Shown here one piece after another: positions 11,250-29,698 of a stretch of DNA of 64,000 nt (the stretch's first letter is position 1; every line of letters begins with the position of its first letter). The position numbers were made by a program, and so were the translations under genes. This DNA is from the human T2T-CHM13v2.0 reference genome, Homo sapiens. Location: assembly GCF_009914755.1 (NCBI RefSeq), contig NC_060930.1, one strand, 5' to 3'. The notes under the pieces are model-generated. The model saw nothing but the letters and a program-made list of their open reading frames with translations, had not been told where the DNA came from and did not search any database.

Positions 11250-13190
11250 TATGTATCTCCAATTGAATGGGGGTGGTGGCCTAGTGAAACAAAGCCTCCA
11301 CTGGGGCCGGGCCACCTTTCTGTGGCCATTCATTTAAGGTTTGGAGCACCAGGTCCAGCCTGGAACTCCAGCTCCGCAAAGACAGGGGTTTGACATGCAA
11401 GCGTAATCCATTCTTCAAGATCCCATTATATCATTCAATAATACCTCAGCTTGTGGGCTGTATGGCACATGGAATCCCCACTTTATGTCCATTTGCTGTG
11501 CCCATCATTGTACCTGTTGTCCAGTGAAATGTGTTCCCCTATCACTCTCAATGGCCAGAGGACAACCATACAGGGAACATAAGTGTTGCAGGGCCTGGAT
11601 GGTGTTCTGTTGGTTGGCCACCCTGCAAGGGTAGGTGAACAACAGGCCTGTGGCCATGTCTACAGCCGTTAGTGCATGCGTATACCCTCGCGACTTTGGC
11701 AGCGGCCCGATGTAGTCTACTTCCCACCTGGTCAAGGGCACTCACCCTATTGTTACTTGTTGTATAACACCGGGCAGCTGCCTCTTTTTAGGATATGTCT
11801 GAACACATGCCAGGCATTTCTGACAAGCCTCACAAATGTCTTGCTTGGGAAGGGACAGACCCCAACACTTATTGAATTGTTGCATCAGTTTACCCCCTGC
11901 ATGTCCCAGTTTCCGGTGTAGCCACAAGGTCACATCTTGTGTTGGTGCTGACTCTGACCATCTGACCTTAGCCAAGGCATCTGCCTCATCATTACTAGGG
12001 GTGGCCAAAGGCATATGGCCTGACACATGATAAATAGTTACCTCTTTTTGATGACCTATTTCCCAAAGGTCTTGCCATATGGCTTGGCCTCAAATGGGTC
12101 TGTGGCTCACTAGCCAATTCTGTATTTTCCAAGTAGTTAACCACAAGGTTAAGCCTCAGTAGACTGCCCAGCTATCAGTACAGATTACCACAGGTGTCAC
12201 CTCCTTGGTGATCACCATCCACACTGCTCTGAGTTCAGCCCATTGGCTACTTTGTCCGCACCCAGTTTCAAACCATATGGTGTCAGTACTAGGTTGGACT
12301 GCAACAGTGGTCCAGGCAGCAGTAGCACCTCATCTACTGTGTACCATGCCCCCTCAGGAATCCTGGGATGCCCTTCCTTAAATGGTGAAGACTCAGGATC
12401 TAGGGGTGCCTCAGGCCGCATGGCCTTATCTTGCATTAGGACTACACGTCCCAAGACCTCTTGCAACTCTGCTGCTATGGGACTTGTACTCAGCTTACTC
12501 CACTGCTGCAAGGAGTTGCCCCATTTTGCCAAAGTGGACATCTGTGCTATCCCACTCCAGGTGGTCATTACACATAGACGCATCCATCCTGTTATTGGGT
12601 AAGTTGTCCATATGATGACTGCAGCCTGTCCTGTCATGCTCTCATGAGCCCGAAGGCCAGCATATACAGCTGCTAGCTGTTTCTCTATCAATGAATACCG
12701 GAGTTCAGCTCCTTTCCATAGTTGGGACCAAAAGCCTACTGGCATTCTTAGGCGCTCTGTGCATTGCCACAAGCCTCAACCAAAACCGTCTGTGGCCACA
12801 TGCACCTCCAGCTCAAACAGGTGCCCCTGGTTAATTACTTGTAGGGCTTGTGGCTGCTGAATAGCGCACCTGGCTGCCAGTAAGGCAGTCTCAGCCACAC
12901 CATCCCAGTCCCAGGCAAGAGAGGCATTACTGCTTCTAAATCTGCAAGAGAATCAGAGGTTAACATAATATCATCAATGAGATTATGACATATGGTGCAG
13001 CTGTGCATATAGCCCTGTGGCAACACTGTGAAAATCCATTGTCGCTGTCCCATAAAGGTAAAGTATTCCTGGCTCTCTGGAAAAGAATGCATTAGCCAAG
13101 TCTACCACATAGTGGTATTGTTCCAATTCCATCATCGAGCAGTCTATCAAATCCATGATAGATGAGACAGCTGCCAAACCTTGTGAAACA
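11250..13190 (-). pseudogene. pol: ERV pol remnant (RT-RNase H-integrase), deleted and frameshifted
   Basis: ORFs 12983-13246 (YVVDLANAFFS), 12835-13092 (FTVLPQGY..IDDIMLT), 12212-12772 (PVGFWSQ..RYSLIEKQL), 11742-12026 (HHCC: H..LGH..C..C) and 11505-11741 (DYIGP..SDRGTHF). Confidence 0.85.
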
Positions 13191-13191
13191 C

Positions 13192-13428
13192 TCACCCCCA
13201 GAATGTATTCAGGAGAGACATACACAGCGCATAAGCAGGGAGCCAAACGGTGATGCCAAGGTATAGAGATACAGGTTTCACTTTCACTGACCAGCTGCCA
13301 TAACTGTCAATGTAAGCAGGTTTGCCAAGAAACTTATCCGGGTTCCCATAAACAAGGCTGCAATCTGTGCCAGTATCCACCAGCACCCGCTGTACATCGG
13401 TGGGGGACTGGTGGATCACTAATTCCAC
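13192..13428 (-). pseudogene. pro: ERV aspartic protease remnant
   Basis: VLVDTGTDCSL active-site motif in the minus-strand ORF. Confidence 0.8.
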
Positions 13429-13479
13429 ATGTGGCCTCCAGTCATTTAGTGTCCCCGCAAGCTGGGCACCTTGGCCAGT

Positions 13480-14860
13480 TCCCTAATCAAGCAAAAAAGG
13501 CTCTACATTTCCACTTGGCTGCAGCAAGTCATCTTTGAACTGAAGCGCCTGGGTGGGACCAGGTTACACAGCAATGTCCTTCTCCCCCTTGGGCATTTTC
13601 TGGAATTGCTCCTCCAGAGACAACTGTCTCCACAAAGTTAAAAGCACTTCATTGGGTTGCTTATCAATTTTCTCTCAGTCAACCCGGCCAAAATAAAATC
13701 TATACATGTCTGTGAGTGTGTCACTCGTTGGCGCCCCCTTTTTACCATGGGGGGACCCCCTGTGGGTGGGGCATCTTCCCCTTCTTTACAGCATGGACCC
13801 CTCGGTCCTGCCGATGGCCTTCTGCTTCCCTGAGAGTCACCATAGCAGTGGTCACTTCATGTATGTGGTACCCTATGTACAGGTTGAGGACAGTAGCTAG
13901 GGAGTCAAAGGCACTCAGGGGTGCAGAACCCAACACAAGATTCTCCCATGTGGTAGCTGAAGCATTCATCTCCTGGTCCCTGGGTATTCAGGTCAAACAT
14001 AGCCTGCCGCATACCCGTCTCCCGAATGACTTGCACCAAATCACATAGACTGGTATTTACTCACGGTTTGGGTATTTCACCAGCGTTGTTCCACACAGTC
14101 TGTATGGCTGTCCATAGCCACTCAATCAGGATGTGATCACTTTGCCCTTGTGCCAACTGCTTGTTCACCTGCAACCACTGACAGAGGGAGGGGTGAGTCG
14201 TGATAGAGGCCAGCTTTTCCATCTCAGAGGCAGAACAGGAGATACTATCTGCTCTCTTGTCTCACAAATGAAGCATCCAGGCAGGTAGACATTCCCCTGG
14301 ATGCTGGCGGCACTGCTTGCCTAATTCCCACAACTCAGTTGGGGTATAGGCAGTATATGAAGTATGTTGCATTACGGTGGGTGGGGGGGGGTCCCTGAGC
14401 CTTCTCTTGGGGCCCCAACAGCTGTTCATGATCTACCTTCTGGTGGACCACTGGGTGAGCCCACAACAAGAGTTCTTCTTTCTCTGTATCAGACCAAGTG
14501 GGGATCTCTGGCTGAGACAATGGACCCATGCCTACATTCACAGCAGCCTCTAATTCCTTTTCCAAGCTCTGTAGCTGGGTTTCCAGGTGCCCCACCTCTG
14601 CCTGAAGGGCGCTTACCTGCACTGCATCCCTCAGGGACTGGGTGTGTGCTTCTCATAGCACAGTCAAAATGCCCATCCAACTCTACCAGCAAAAGCTCAC
14701 TCCTTCTCAGTGCTCTGTGCTTCCAGCAGCTTCAGAGCCTTCTCCATGCTTGCAGGGGACCCATCTATCACCACCCAGGTTTCCACCAAAGCCCATCCAA
14801 ACAGCACAGCTGCTACCAGGTACCACAACCCACGCTGCAGCCTCATGGCCGACCCGGAAT
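13480..14860 (-). pseudogene. gag: ERV gag remnant
   Basis: Fragmented ORFs 14697-14975, 14335-14622 (coiled-coil-like) and 13742-13969 lie between the PBS and pro. The assignment is largely positional. Confidence 0.6.
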
Positions 14861-14891
14861 CAGGGGGGACCAAAGGGTCACTCACCTCAGG

Positions 14892-14909
14892 ATCCTGTTC
14901 ATGAGCCCA
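14892..14909 (-). other. Primer-binding site, tRNA-Ser-like
   Basis: Plus strand atcctgttcatgagccca resembles the 3' end of tRNA-Ser(CGA) (atcctgttcgtgacgcca) and abuts the 5' LTR. Confidence 0.7.
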
Positions 14910-14911
14910 AT

Positions 14912-15247
14912 TGTCATGTTCTAACTGAGATCTGAGGGGAGTGGGTGGGCAAGTGGCAGGTAGCTGGAAAAACACTCAAGGAATCGTAGATAGTTTCGAC
15001 ATGGCTTTATTCTCTCTCTGGGCACAAGTGAGCCATATGTACAGCATCAGCAAGGTAGTTGTACCTTTTACAGACAATAGTGGCTCTGAGCCAAGCATGA
15101 ACTCATGTGAGTACTTACCTAATACACCTCACATGACGTGGTTACGTAATGTGTGGGGGTTGTACACCTGCGCTCCAAATGTGCTAAGTCATGCTGTGCT
15201 GGAAGTCCCAGCCTACTCTTGACTAAAGCACAGCCATTCCCCTTATG
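14912..15247 (-). mobile_element. 5' LTR (LTR18-like)
   Basis: Direct repeat of 9289-9623, followed on the minus strand by the PBS. Confidence 0.85.
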
Positions 15248-15852
15248 AATATGTATCAAGATAACTTCTATTATTAATATTTGAATTTCCATGCAGTGCT
15301 GCCTGCAACAAGAAAATAAACATTACTCCAAACAAAGAATAAAATTCTAAATTGGAGTCTTACCTAGAACTTAAATGTAGGGGAGAGCAACCTCCAGAAA
15401 TTCTTTTGGCTCTGGGTGGTGCATGGGAAACAGCTGATACCAGTCCCACTCCCTAACTGTAACTGATGGTTCCAAAGCTCCCCACCTGGCTGGGGGCATG
15501 TGCAAATGTGCCTCAGGGAACCAAACACTAAACTACTCAGCCATTAAGTCTCTTTCAGTCATTACTCTCTTTCAGGGAGTACACCTCTGAGGTGCCCCTA
15601 GTGTGGGTGAGTGCCCAGAGTTGGTGAATCCTACAGATGAGGAAACACAGTTCTAGCAATTACTGAGAACAGATGTGCCTCTCAGTCTTAGAAGGATTGA
15701 GTCCTCCCAATGATTGAGATTCTCTACCTATAAAGTCACCAGACAGGATCTGCAAAGGGAGGGGTCCATATTAATTTCAGATACGTGTGACGGTATGTCT
15801 GAAAGAGACCTAGAATCTATTTTTTTCATCCTTAAGATTTTATACCTTTATT

Positions 15853-16162
<310 letters not shown>

Positions 16163-17017
16163 TTTATACCTTTATTAATTTTAAAATTTTAAACTTTTTT
16201 AATTTAAAATTTTATACTTTTAAAATTAGATTTTTAATTTTAAATCTCTTATTATGGGCAGGGGAGGGGGGTTGTTTGTTGGGAGAGTATTTGCCATTAA
16301 TAAAGGTGGATTAGCTGGGAACTTCTGAATGGATCTGTTTCAATTCCCTGACAAACAGGTGTTGATTTACTTCTACACTTACCGTCCTCCTACCAAGATG
16401 CATGCTTTCTGTTTAAACATATGGTCACACTTTGATGTTTTTTTGGCTTTCACTTATTTATTTTCATTTATATCCTGTCAGAGTTAACTATCTCCAGGGA
16501 ATATTGGTAGTGTGTTCAATGGAGAGCTAGAGAATGGCTCTGGAGAAAGATGTGTTTAATTAAATTAAAAATTCGCTAACACATGCCTGTGTAAAAGGGG
16601 ACCAGGTAATGCAGACTGCTTCTTGCTGAAACAAATTTGGGACAATTTAAATCTGTTTCTACTTAGGGCCAGTATATTATAGTTATTTATTCTGCTTACT
16701 GTTCTGGGGTTGATATCAGTAAAGAGGGAGAAGGAAAGCCAAGAAAGAGAAAGGAAAAGAAGACTGCACATGCCCATGTCAGAATGTATGATATATTCAT
16801 TTAAACTGCACTATATAAAACTATAGAGGTATCAGAAGTGTCTGATGAATTAACAAATGCATCGATACCTTTTCAGCATCTAATTATTATGTGGTCTTAA
16901 TATTTTTTTTTAAAGTTTGACACAAAAAATTATTATAATGCTCAATTTCTTGATAGCAAACCACACTGGTAACCACACTGGTAATCAGGTATAAATTGAA
17001 ACTCTTGTCATTCAAGT

Positions 17018-17340
17018 CTGATGGATGCTACGGTGTGCTGCCCAGATACCACCTTCAGCAGGAGACTCTTAGTACCACAGCTGTCCCAAGTGTTGAGGAT
17101 TGCTGATGGCACGGCTGAGTTTCTTCTCAGGGAACAGCCTATGACTGGTTCACAGCTCTCCATGGAATAGGATAGATACTAGCCACTATTGTAGCAGTAC
17201 CACAGTTTAACTCTCCCCAAACTAGTCCTCCACCTCTTACTTTCTTACAGGTGTTGTTCCTGAGAGCACTCCCCAATAAACCTTGGCCACGCATAATATC
17301 TCTACCTTGCAGTCTATCTAGAGAACCTAAGCTGAGACGG
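17018..17340 (+). mobile_element. LTR33-like solo LTR (ERVL)
   Basis: tgtgctgcccagat..ccttcag, and ttacaggtgttgttcctgagagcactccccaataaacc...gagaacctaagctgagac. Confidence 0.6.
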
Positions 17341-17379
17341 AAGCATAGGTACATTTGATAACATTTAAATTTTTTGTAT

Positions 17380-18440
17380 GTGCATTTTTAAGTGAGATGG
17401 GTCTAGCATAGCCTGTGAGGCTTTGGAAACAAAATTAATCTGGCTTCTAAATTGAGGGGATTTTTCCCTTTTTCTTCCAATGGCCTGGAAATGTTTGAAT
17501 AACATTGGAATCATCTGTTCTTTAAAAATTAAACCCATCTGGTCTTTGTGCCTTTTTTCATGATAGATTCTTAATCACCAGCCCAACATCTTCTACAGTG
17601 ATTGTCAATTTAAGGTAATTTATATTTTGTTAGGAAATCATTCACTTCCTCTGTGTTTTCAAATTTGTAGCCATGGAATTGCAAGCAGCAACCTCTTATA
17701 ATTCTTTGAATCATGTCTGTATCTATGTTTTTGTTTCCTTCTCGTTTGTAACCTTGCATATGTTTGCAAGTGACCTCTTGTGCTTGCCATGTGCATTCTC
17801 TCTTTAATCAGGTTCACAGAGAGTTTATCTACTTTATTGGTCTCAAAAAAATAAAAATAAAAACAGCTTTCGGATTTATTTATCCCTTCTGCTTTATTTT
17901 GGCTTGTTTTGGTTTTCTACTTTATTAATTTCAGCTTCTATTCATATTAAGCCAATCCTTTTTAGTTTCTTTCATCATTCGTTTCCCAATTTCTGGTGAT
18001 TCGTTTTTTCTCTTTTACCTTTAATAACAAAGACATTTAAAGCAATAAGTTCATTTTGAGTGTAGATTTTGCTGTTCCACTTCATTGCTTTCTCAGTAGT
18101 TGGTAATTTCACATTTTATTTTTTATTTTTTTGATTAATCGATTAACTTTCCAAAAGTTAAAACTTTTATAATTTACACTTCATTTTATTGAAGTGTGAT
18201 TAGGAAAATAACCCTAAAAACACACGTTTTTCTTTATTTTATTTTTGGCAACTTTAATTTGTCAAGGTTTCCTTTTTGGCCAAATACAGGATTAATTTTG
18301 TAAATGTTTCTTGAATCAATGGGAGAAATACAGTAAATTGAATTTACTGATTTGTATACTAGATGTATTTAACTCTGGGAGACATATGTTTAATTCTCTA
18401 ATTGTATCAAGTTCTCCTTGCATTTTTCATATTTTTGCTT
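17380..18440 (-). mobile_element. Old L1M ORF2 relic
   Basis: T-rich reverse L1 motifs: aacattggaatcatctgttcttt, aaacccatctggtc, gtttatctactttattggtctcaaaaaa..cagcttt. Confidence 0.55.
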
Positions 18441-18442
18441 TA

Positions 18443-20916
18443 CATGCATACTTTGGAAATAAGCATTATGTCTAAAAACAGCAAGGTATGTACCTTAATT
18501 TAAAAATACTTTATTGCTAAAAAATTCTAACCATCATCTGTTCCTTCAGTGAGTTGTAATCTTTTTGCTGGTGGAGGGTCTTGCCTCCATGTTGATGGCT
18601 GCTGACTGATCAGGATGGTGGTTGCTAAAGGCTGGGGTGGCTGTGGCAATTTCTTGAAATAGGACAACAGTGAAGTTTGCTGCATCATTTGACTCTTCTT
18701 TTCATGAAAGATTTCTCTAGCATGTAATGCTGTTTGATAGCAGTTTACCCACAATAGCACTTCTTTCAAAATTGGAATCAATCCTCTCAAACCCTGCCAT
18801 TGCTTTATCAACTAAGTTCATGTAATATTCTAAGTCCTTTGTTGTTATTTCAACAATGTTCACAGCATCTTCACCAGGAGATCTTGTCTCAAGAAACTAC
18901 TTTCTTTGGTTATCTATAAAAAGCAACTCCTCATTCATTCAAGTTTTATCACAAGATTACAGCAATTCAGTCAAATCTTCAGGCCTCACTTCTAATTTTA
19001 GTTCTTTTGCTATTTCCATCACATCTCTAGCTGCTACCTCCACTGAGTCTGGAACCCCTCAAAATCATCCATGAGGGGTGTTGGAATCAACTTCTTCCAA
19101 ACTCCTGTTAATTTGATATTTTGACTTCTACCTATGAATCACGAATATTCTCTTTTTTTTTTTTTTTGAGACAGGGTCTCACTCTGTCCCTCAGGCTAGA
19201 GTCCAGTGATGTGATCTCAGCTCACTGCAAATTTTGCCTCCCAGGCTCAAGTGATCCCACCACCTCAGCCCCTCAAGTATCTGGGATTACAGGTATGCAC
19301 AACCACACCTGCCTAATTTTTAATAGACATGGGGTTTTGCCATGTTGCCCAGGCTGGTTTTGAACTCCTGAGCTCAAGCAATCTGCCCACCTCAGCCTTC
19401 CAAAGTGGAATTACAAGCATGAGCCACTGCACCCTGCCACGAATGTTCTCAATGGCATTTAGAATGGTGAATCCTTTCCAGGAGGTTTTCAATGTGCTTT
19501 GCCCATATTCATCAGAGGAATCACTATGTATGGCAGCTATAGCCTTATAAAATGTATTTCTTAAAGAATAAGACTTGAGAATTAGAACTACCCTTTGATC
19601 TGTGGGGTACAGAATGAATGTTGTGTTAGCAGGCATGAAAACAACATTAATCTCCATGTACATCTCCATCAGAACTTTTGGGTGATCAAGTGTCTTGCCA
19701 ACGAGCAGTAATATTTTGAAAAGAATCTTATTTTCTGAGCAATAGGTCTCAACAGTGAGCTTAAAATATTCAGTAAACCTTGCTGTAAACAGATGTGCTG
19801 CCATCCAGGCTCTGTTGCTCCATTGATACAACCCAGGCCAAGTAGATTTATCATAATTGTTAAGGGCTATAGGATTTTTGGAATAGCAAATAAGAATTGG
19901 CTCCCACTTATAGTCACCAGCTATATTAGCTCTTAACAAGAGTCAGCCTATCCTTCAAAGCTTTGAAGCCAGGCACTGACTTTTCTCCTCTAGCTATGAA
20001 AGTCCTAGATGGTGTCCTCTTCCAAGAGGAGGCTGTTTTATCTACATTGAAAGTTGTTGTTGTTTAGTGGAGCCACCTTCATCAATGATCTTAGCCAGAT
20101 CTTCTGGATAACTTGCTGCAGCTTCTCCATCAGCACTCTCTGCTTCACCTTGCACTTTTATGTTATGGAAATATCTTCTTTCCTTGAACCTCATGAACCA
20201 ACCTGCGCTAGCTTACAACTTTTCTTCTGCAGCCTTTTCACCTCTCTTAACCATCACAGAATTGAAGAAAGTTAGGGACTTGTTCTGGATTAGGTTTTGG
20301 TTTAAAGGAAAGTTGTAGCGGTTTGATCTTCTGTCCAGACCACTTGAATTGTCTCTATTACGGCAATAAAGTGGTTTCACTTTATCACTCATGTATTCAC
20401 TGCAATAGCACTTTTAATTTCCTTCACTAACTTTTCCTTTGCATTCACAACTTGGCTGACTGTTACAAGAGGCCTAGCTTTTGGGCTATCTGGGCTGTCA
20501 ACATGCCCTCCTCACTAAGCTTAATCATTTCTAACTTTTGATTTAAGGTGAGAGAAGTGAGATGCTTCCTTTTGCATAAACACTTAGAGGCTATTGTAGG
20601 GTTATTAATTAACCTATTTTCAAATTATTGTTTATTTCAGGGAATAGGAGGGCCTGAGGAGAGGCAAAGAGACAGGGAAAGTGCTGTTCAGCGTCACATG
20701 GGCATGGTTTGTGGTGCCCCAAAACAATTAAAATAACCTCAAAGATCTCTGATCACAGATCACAACAGATATAAAGTTAGCAAGATTGTGAGAATTACCA
20801 AATGTGACACAGACATGAAATGAGCACATGCTGTTGGAAGAATGGTGTGGACAGACTAGCTTGCTTCAGGGTTACAACAAAACTTAAAGAGAAGTACAAT
20901 AAAACAGATATGCCTG
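18443..20916 (-). mobile_element. Tigger1 DNA transposon, near full length
   Basis: TA|catgcatac... and ...gatatgcctg|TA termini. Transposase-like ORF 19313-19939 ([27 protein letters not shown]). Interrupted by an Alu. Confidence 0.9.
19153..19438 (-). mobile_element. AluJ-like element inserted in Tigger1
   Basis: TSD acgaat(a/g)ttctc at 19141-19152 and 19439-19450. J-type features acagggtctcactctg and ctcctgagctcaagc. Confidence 0.9.
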
Positions 20917-21323
20917 TATATTTTTGCTGCCATATTATGTGAGGCAGATCTCCACTGAAGTTTTGGGACTGATTGTGAAGTTTGGGACTGATTGTGAAGA
21001 ATGCTTAAATATTAAGCATTCTTGTTCCTATAAACCACTTGTCACATTTGTCATTCCACACTTGAAAATTTCTCACTGTACATTCTCTGAAGCTTCTGTC
21101 AGGCTGTTCTGGCCCTTCTTTTATTGTCTGCACTTTCTTTACCTCTTCTTGTGCAGTGTTGGCCTGCACCCTCAAAATCTTATTCTCTTTGACTGGTTAA
21201 TAACTTTTGCTTCATTTGCTCCTTCCCAACCATGCTTGGGACATCTTCATTTTTCTCATTTTGTCTTCTCTCCAGGTAATTTTTCTGCAGACCAAAACCT
21301 AATGTCACCATCATACTGAAACT

Positions 21324-27475
<6,152 letters not shown>

Positions 27476-27594
27476 CTGAAACTTTAATAATTGCATAATG
27501 TCCTTCTTTATTTGTAAGTGCCTTTAACCATAAATCAACCTTGTCTGACAGTATACCATCACTCTTGCTTTCATTTCCTTTGCATTTGCTTATT

Positions 27595-29135
27595 TTTATG
27601 TCTTTTTTCACCAAACACATGTGCATTTATATATTTTTTAATAAAATCACAAAGACCCAGTTTACCAGCTTTACTTTTTAAATCCAAGCTTAACATTACA
27701 TATTTAAACAATTGTCAAAACTTGCTAAGTTGTCAGCATTTATGCACAACTAGAAAACACCCTTAATTTATACTAAGCCAGAAATGTATTACCATTAATG
27801 CATTCATATCTATCACTGTGAGATACTGAAAAAATTGAAATTATTTCTATAAAAGGCTCATCCTGGCAATGTTAACTTCATAGCAGGCTGAAACTACTTG
27901 GTTTACATTTCAGACACAATGGACAAACAGATCCATGCTGGTGTTAGTGTACAATCTTGTTCAGCAATTTCTAGAGAGTCACTGTTCACCTTGGAGTAGG
28001 TTTAATATTAAAGCAAAGTGCATACAGAGATTTACAACACTTTTAAAGATAAAAGCAAATTGGTCCTATTATGTGGTCCCAACAATAAACTCAAAAGTCT
28101 ATGACAAATAGGAGTTCTGATGAGTTATTTATAAATGCTTCAGATTAGGTACAATATACTGAAAATCAACTTCATTCAACATCTTCAAAATATGTTACTG
28201 CTAATCCTCAAATGGTGCTTATTAGAGTTTAACATTTCCATTCTATAGATGCATTGAAGTACGTGTTATCCAAGTGTGGATGATGCTCTTTACCATTTAT
28301 TGTTAAGGACTTTAACTGGCCATCTTCTTCAACTTCTACTGTCTCTTAACCTCTTCCTAGTAATTTTTCTGCCATTAGCTATTTTAATAGGAGTTGATAT
28401 AGATTTGAAGTTGCCCATCTCATTACTATCAAATGACTTGGAAATAATGCCTCCATGACCTAGTGACCCAAATGAAATAAACCCTGTTCCAAAAGAACAA
28501 AGCCCAATTCCAAAAGATGGGAGTACACTGAAGGCAGAGAAAAATGGCCCCATCCCTCGGCTTCTGTTTCTTTAGGAATCTCTTCAATTCCTCCCCATTC
28601 CCTGCAAAAATGCCCCCAAATGGGCCTTCAAAGAAGTCAGATGGAAATGGGTCCCTTCCACCAAAAACTTCCCTGAAGACGGAATGTTAAGCCAAACTCA
28701 GACTGTCAAAATGACTTCCATCTTCTCCACTACCATTTAATCCTTCTTTGCCATATTTGTCATAGATGTGTCTTTTTTTCTAGCATCTGGTAACACCTCA
28801 CACACCTCACTACTCCGTGCTACTTCCTTATTTTCAGGATTATCTGGGTGGCAATTCAGTGCCAGTTTCCTGATATGCCTTTTTAATATGCTGGGGTAGG
28901 CAGGTCTGCACGCCTAGAACCTCACAGTAACCCCCATGCTTTAACACATGGTGAGAACAGGTCCGAGGATGTGTGGTGGTGGTGAGTAGCAGGACAGGTG
29001 GGTGGTGTGGTCTCCAGGTTCCTCTGGGCTCTGCAGCACTCTGTAGGGCTCCACAGAGCTGCGCTGGTGGCCACAGTGGCTCCTCATGCTTTCCTTCCTC
29101 TCCTTTCTCCAACAAACAGGAAGTATGACCTCCTA
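27595..29135 (-). pseudogene. Processed pseudogene of DNAJB6 (short isoform b)
   Basis: Intronless. ATG at 28937 in tgttaaagcatg context. J-domain (YxEVLGVQ..IKKAY, HPD codons caccca gat). C-terminal [15 protein letters not shown]. Short-isoform ending near 28259, then a long 3' UTR and A-rich tail. Multiple deletions and frameshifts; boundaries approximate. Confidence 0.9.
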
Positions 29136-29397
29136 TCTCTTGAGTTTTAATCTTTTTTTTTTAAACCACTTTGTTCTAAGTTGTTTGCAGTTAGGTTTTA
29201 TATTTTAACAAATTTGACAATCTCTGACATTTAATGGAAGAAACTAGCCCATTTTTCTTTAATGTTATGATTGATATACTTACTTTTATGTTTTCTATTT
29301 TACTTTATGTCTTTTTTTTTAAATGTTTCTTCTGTTTCATTTTTCTCATTTCTGCTGATTCGATCAACTTACAATTTGTGCTATGTCTTCCCTTCTT

Positions 29398-29698
29398 TTT
29401 TTTTTTTTTTTTTTTGAGACAGAGTTTTGCTCTTGTTGCCCAGGCTAGAGTGCAATGGAGCTATCTCGGCTCACTGCAATCTCCACCTTCCCAGGTTCAA
29501 GTGATTCTCTTGCCTCAGCCTCCCAAGTAGCTGGGATTACAGGCATGCACCCCCACACCCAGCTAATTTTGTATTTTTAGTAGAGACAGGGTTTCACCAT
29601 GTTGGCCAGGCTGGTCTCGAACGCCTGACCTCAGGTGACCCACCTTCCTTGGCCTCCCAAAGTGTTAGGATTACAGGCGTTAGCCACCGCACTCGGCC
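29398..29698 (-). mobile_element. Alu (S-type)
   Basis: TSD atgtcttcccttctt at 29383-29397 and 29699-29713. Confidence 0.95.

Larger units (their letters stand above)
9289..15247 (-). mobile_element. Class III endogenous retrovirus provirus, HERV-S/HERVL18 (LTR18) type, defective
   Basis: Two ~335-bp direct-repeat LTRs (9289-9623 and 14912-15247). PBS and PPT are in minus orientation. gag, pro (DTG), RT (DLANAFFS, LPQG, IDD), RNase H, IN (WEVDYIGP, SDRGTHF) and env TM motifs occur in proviral order on the minus strand. Confidence 0.85.

Noticed and set aside
11056-11262. Post-integrase ORF as a possible dUTPase as in HERV-L
   Set aside because: The position fits, but I cannot identify the conserved dUTPase motifs, so it is not called.
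14364-14924. 186-aa plus-strand ORF and other overlapping plus-strand ORFs inside the provirus
   Set aside because: Antisense to GC-rich gag and env, low-complexity composition, no recognisable domain. Expected by chance.
9284-15252. Provirus TSD (aacac versus aatat)
   Set aside because: Needs two mismatches and damaged LTR termini; too ambiguous to claim.
16175-16250. Quasi-palindromic ttttaaaa repeats
   Set aside because: Low-complexity AT tract beside an Alu, with no regular spacer structure. Not a CRISPR-like array.
16961-16985. aaccacactggt repeated twice
   Set aside because: Trivial 12-bp slippage duplication.
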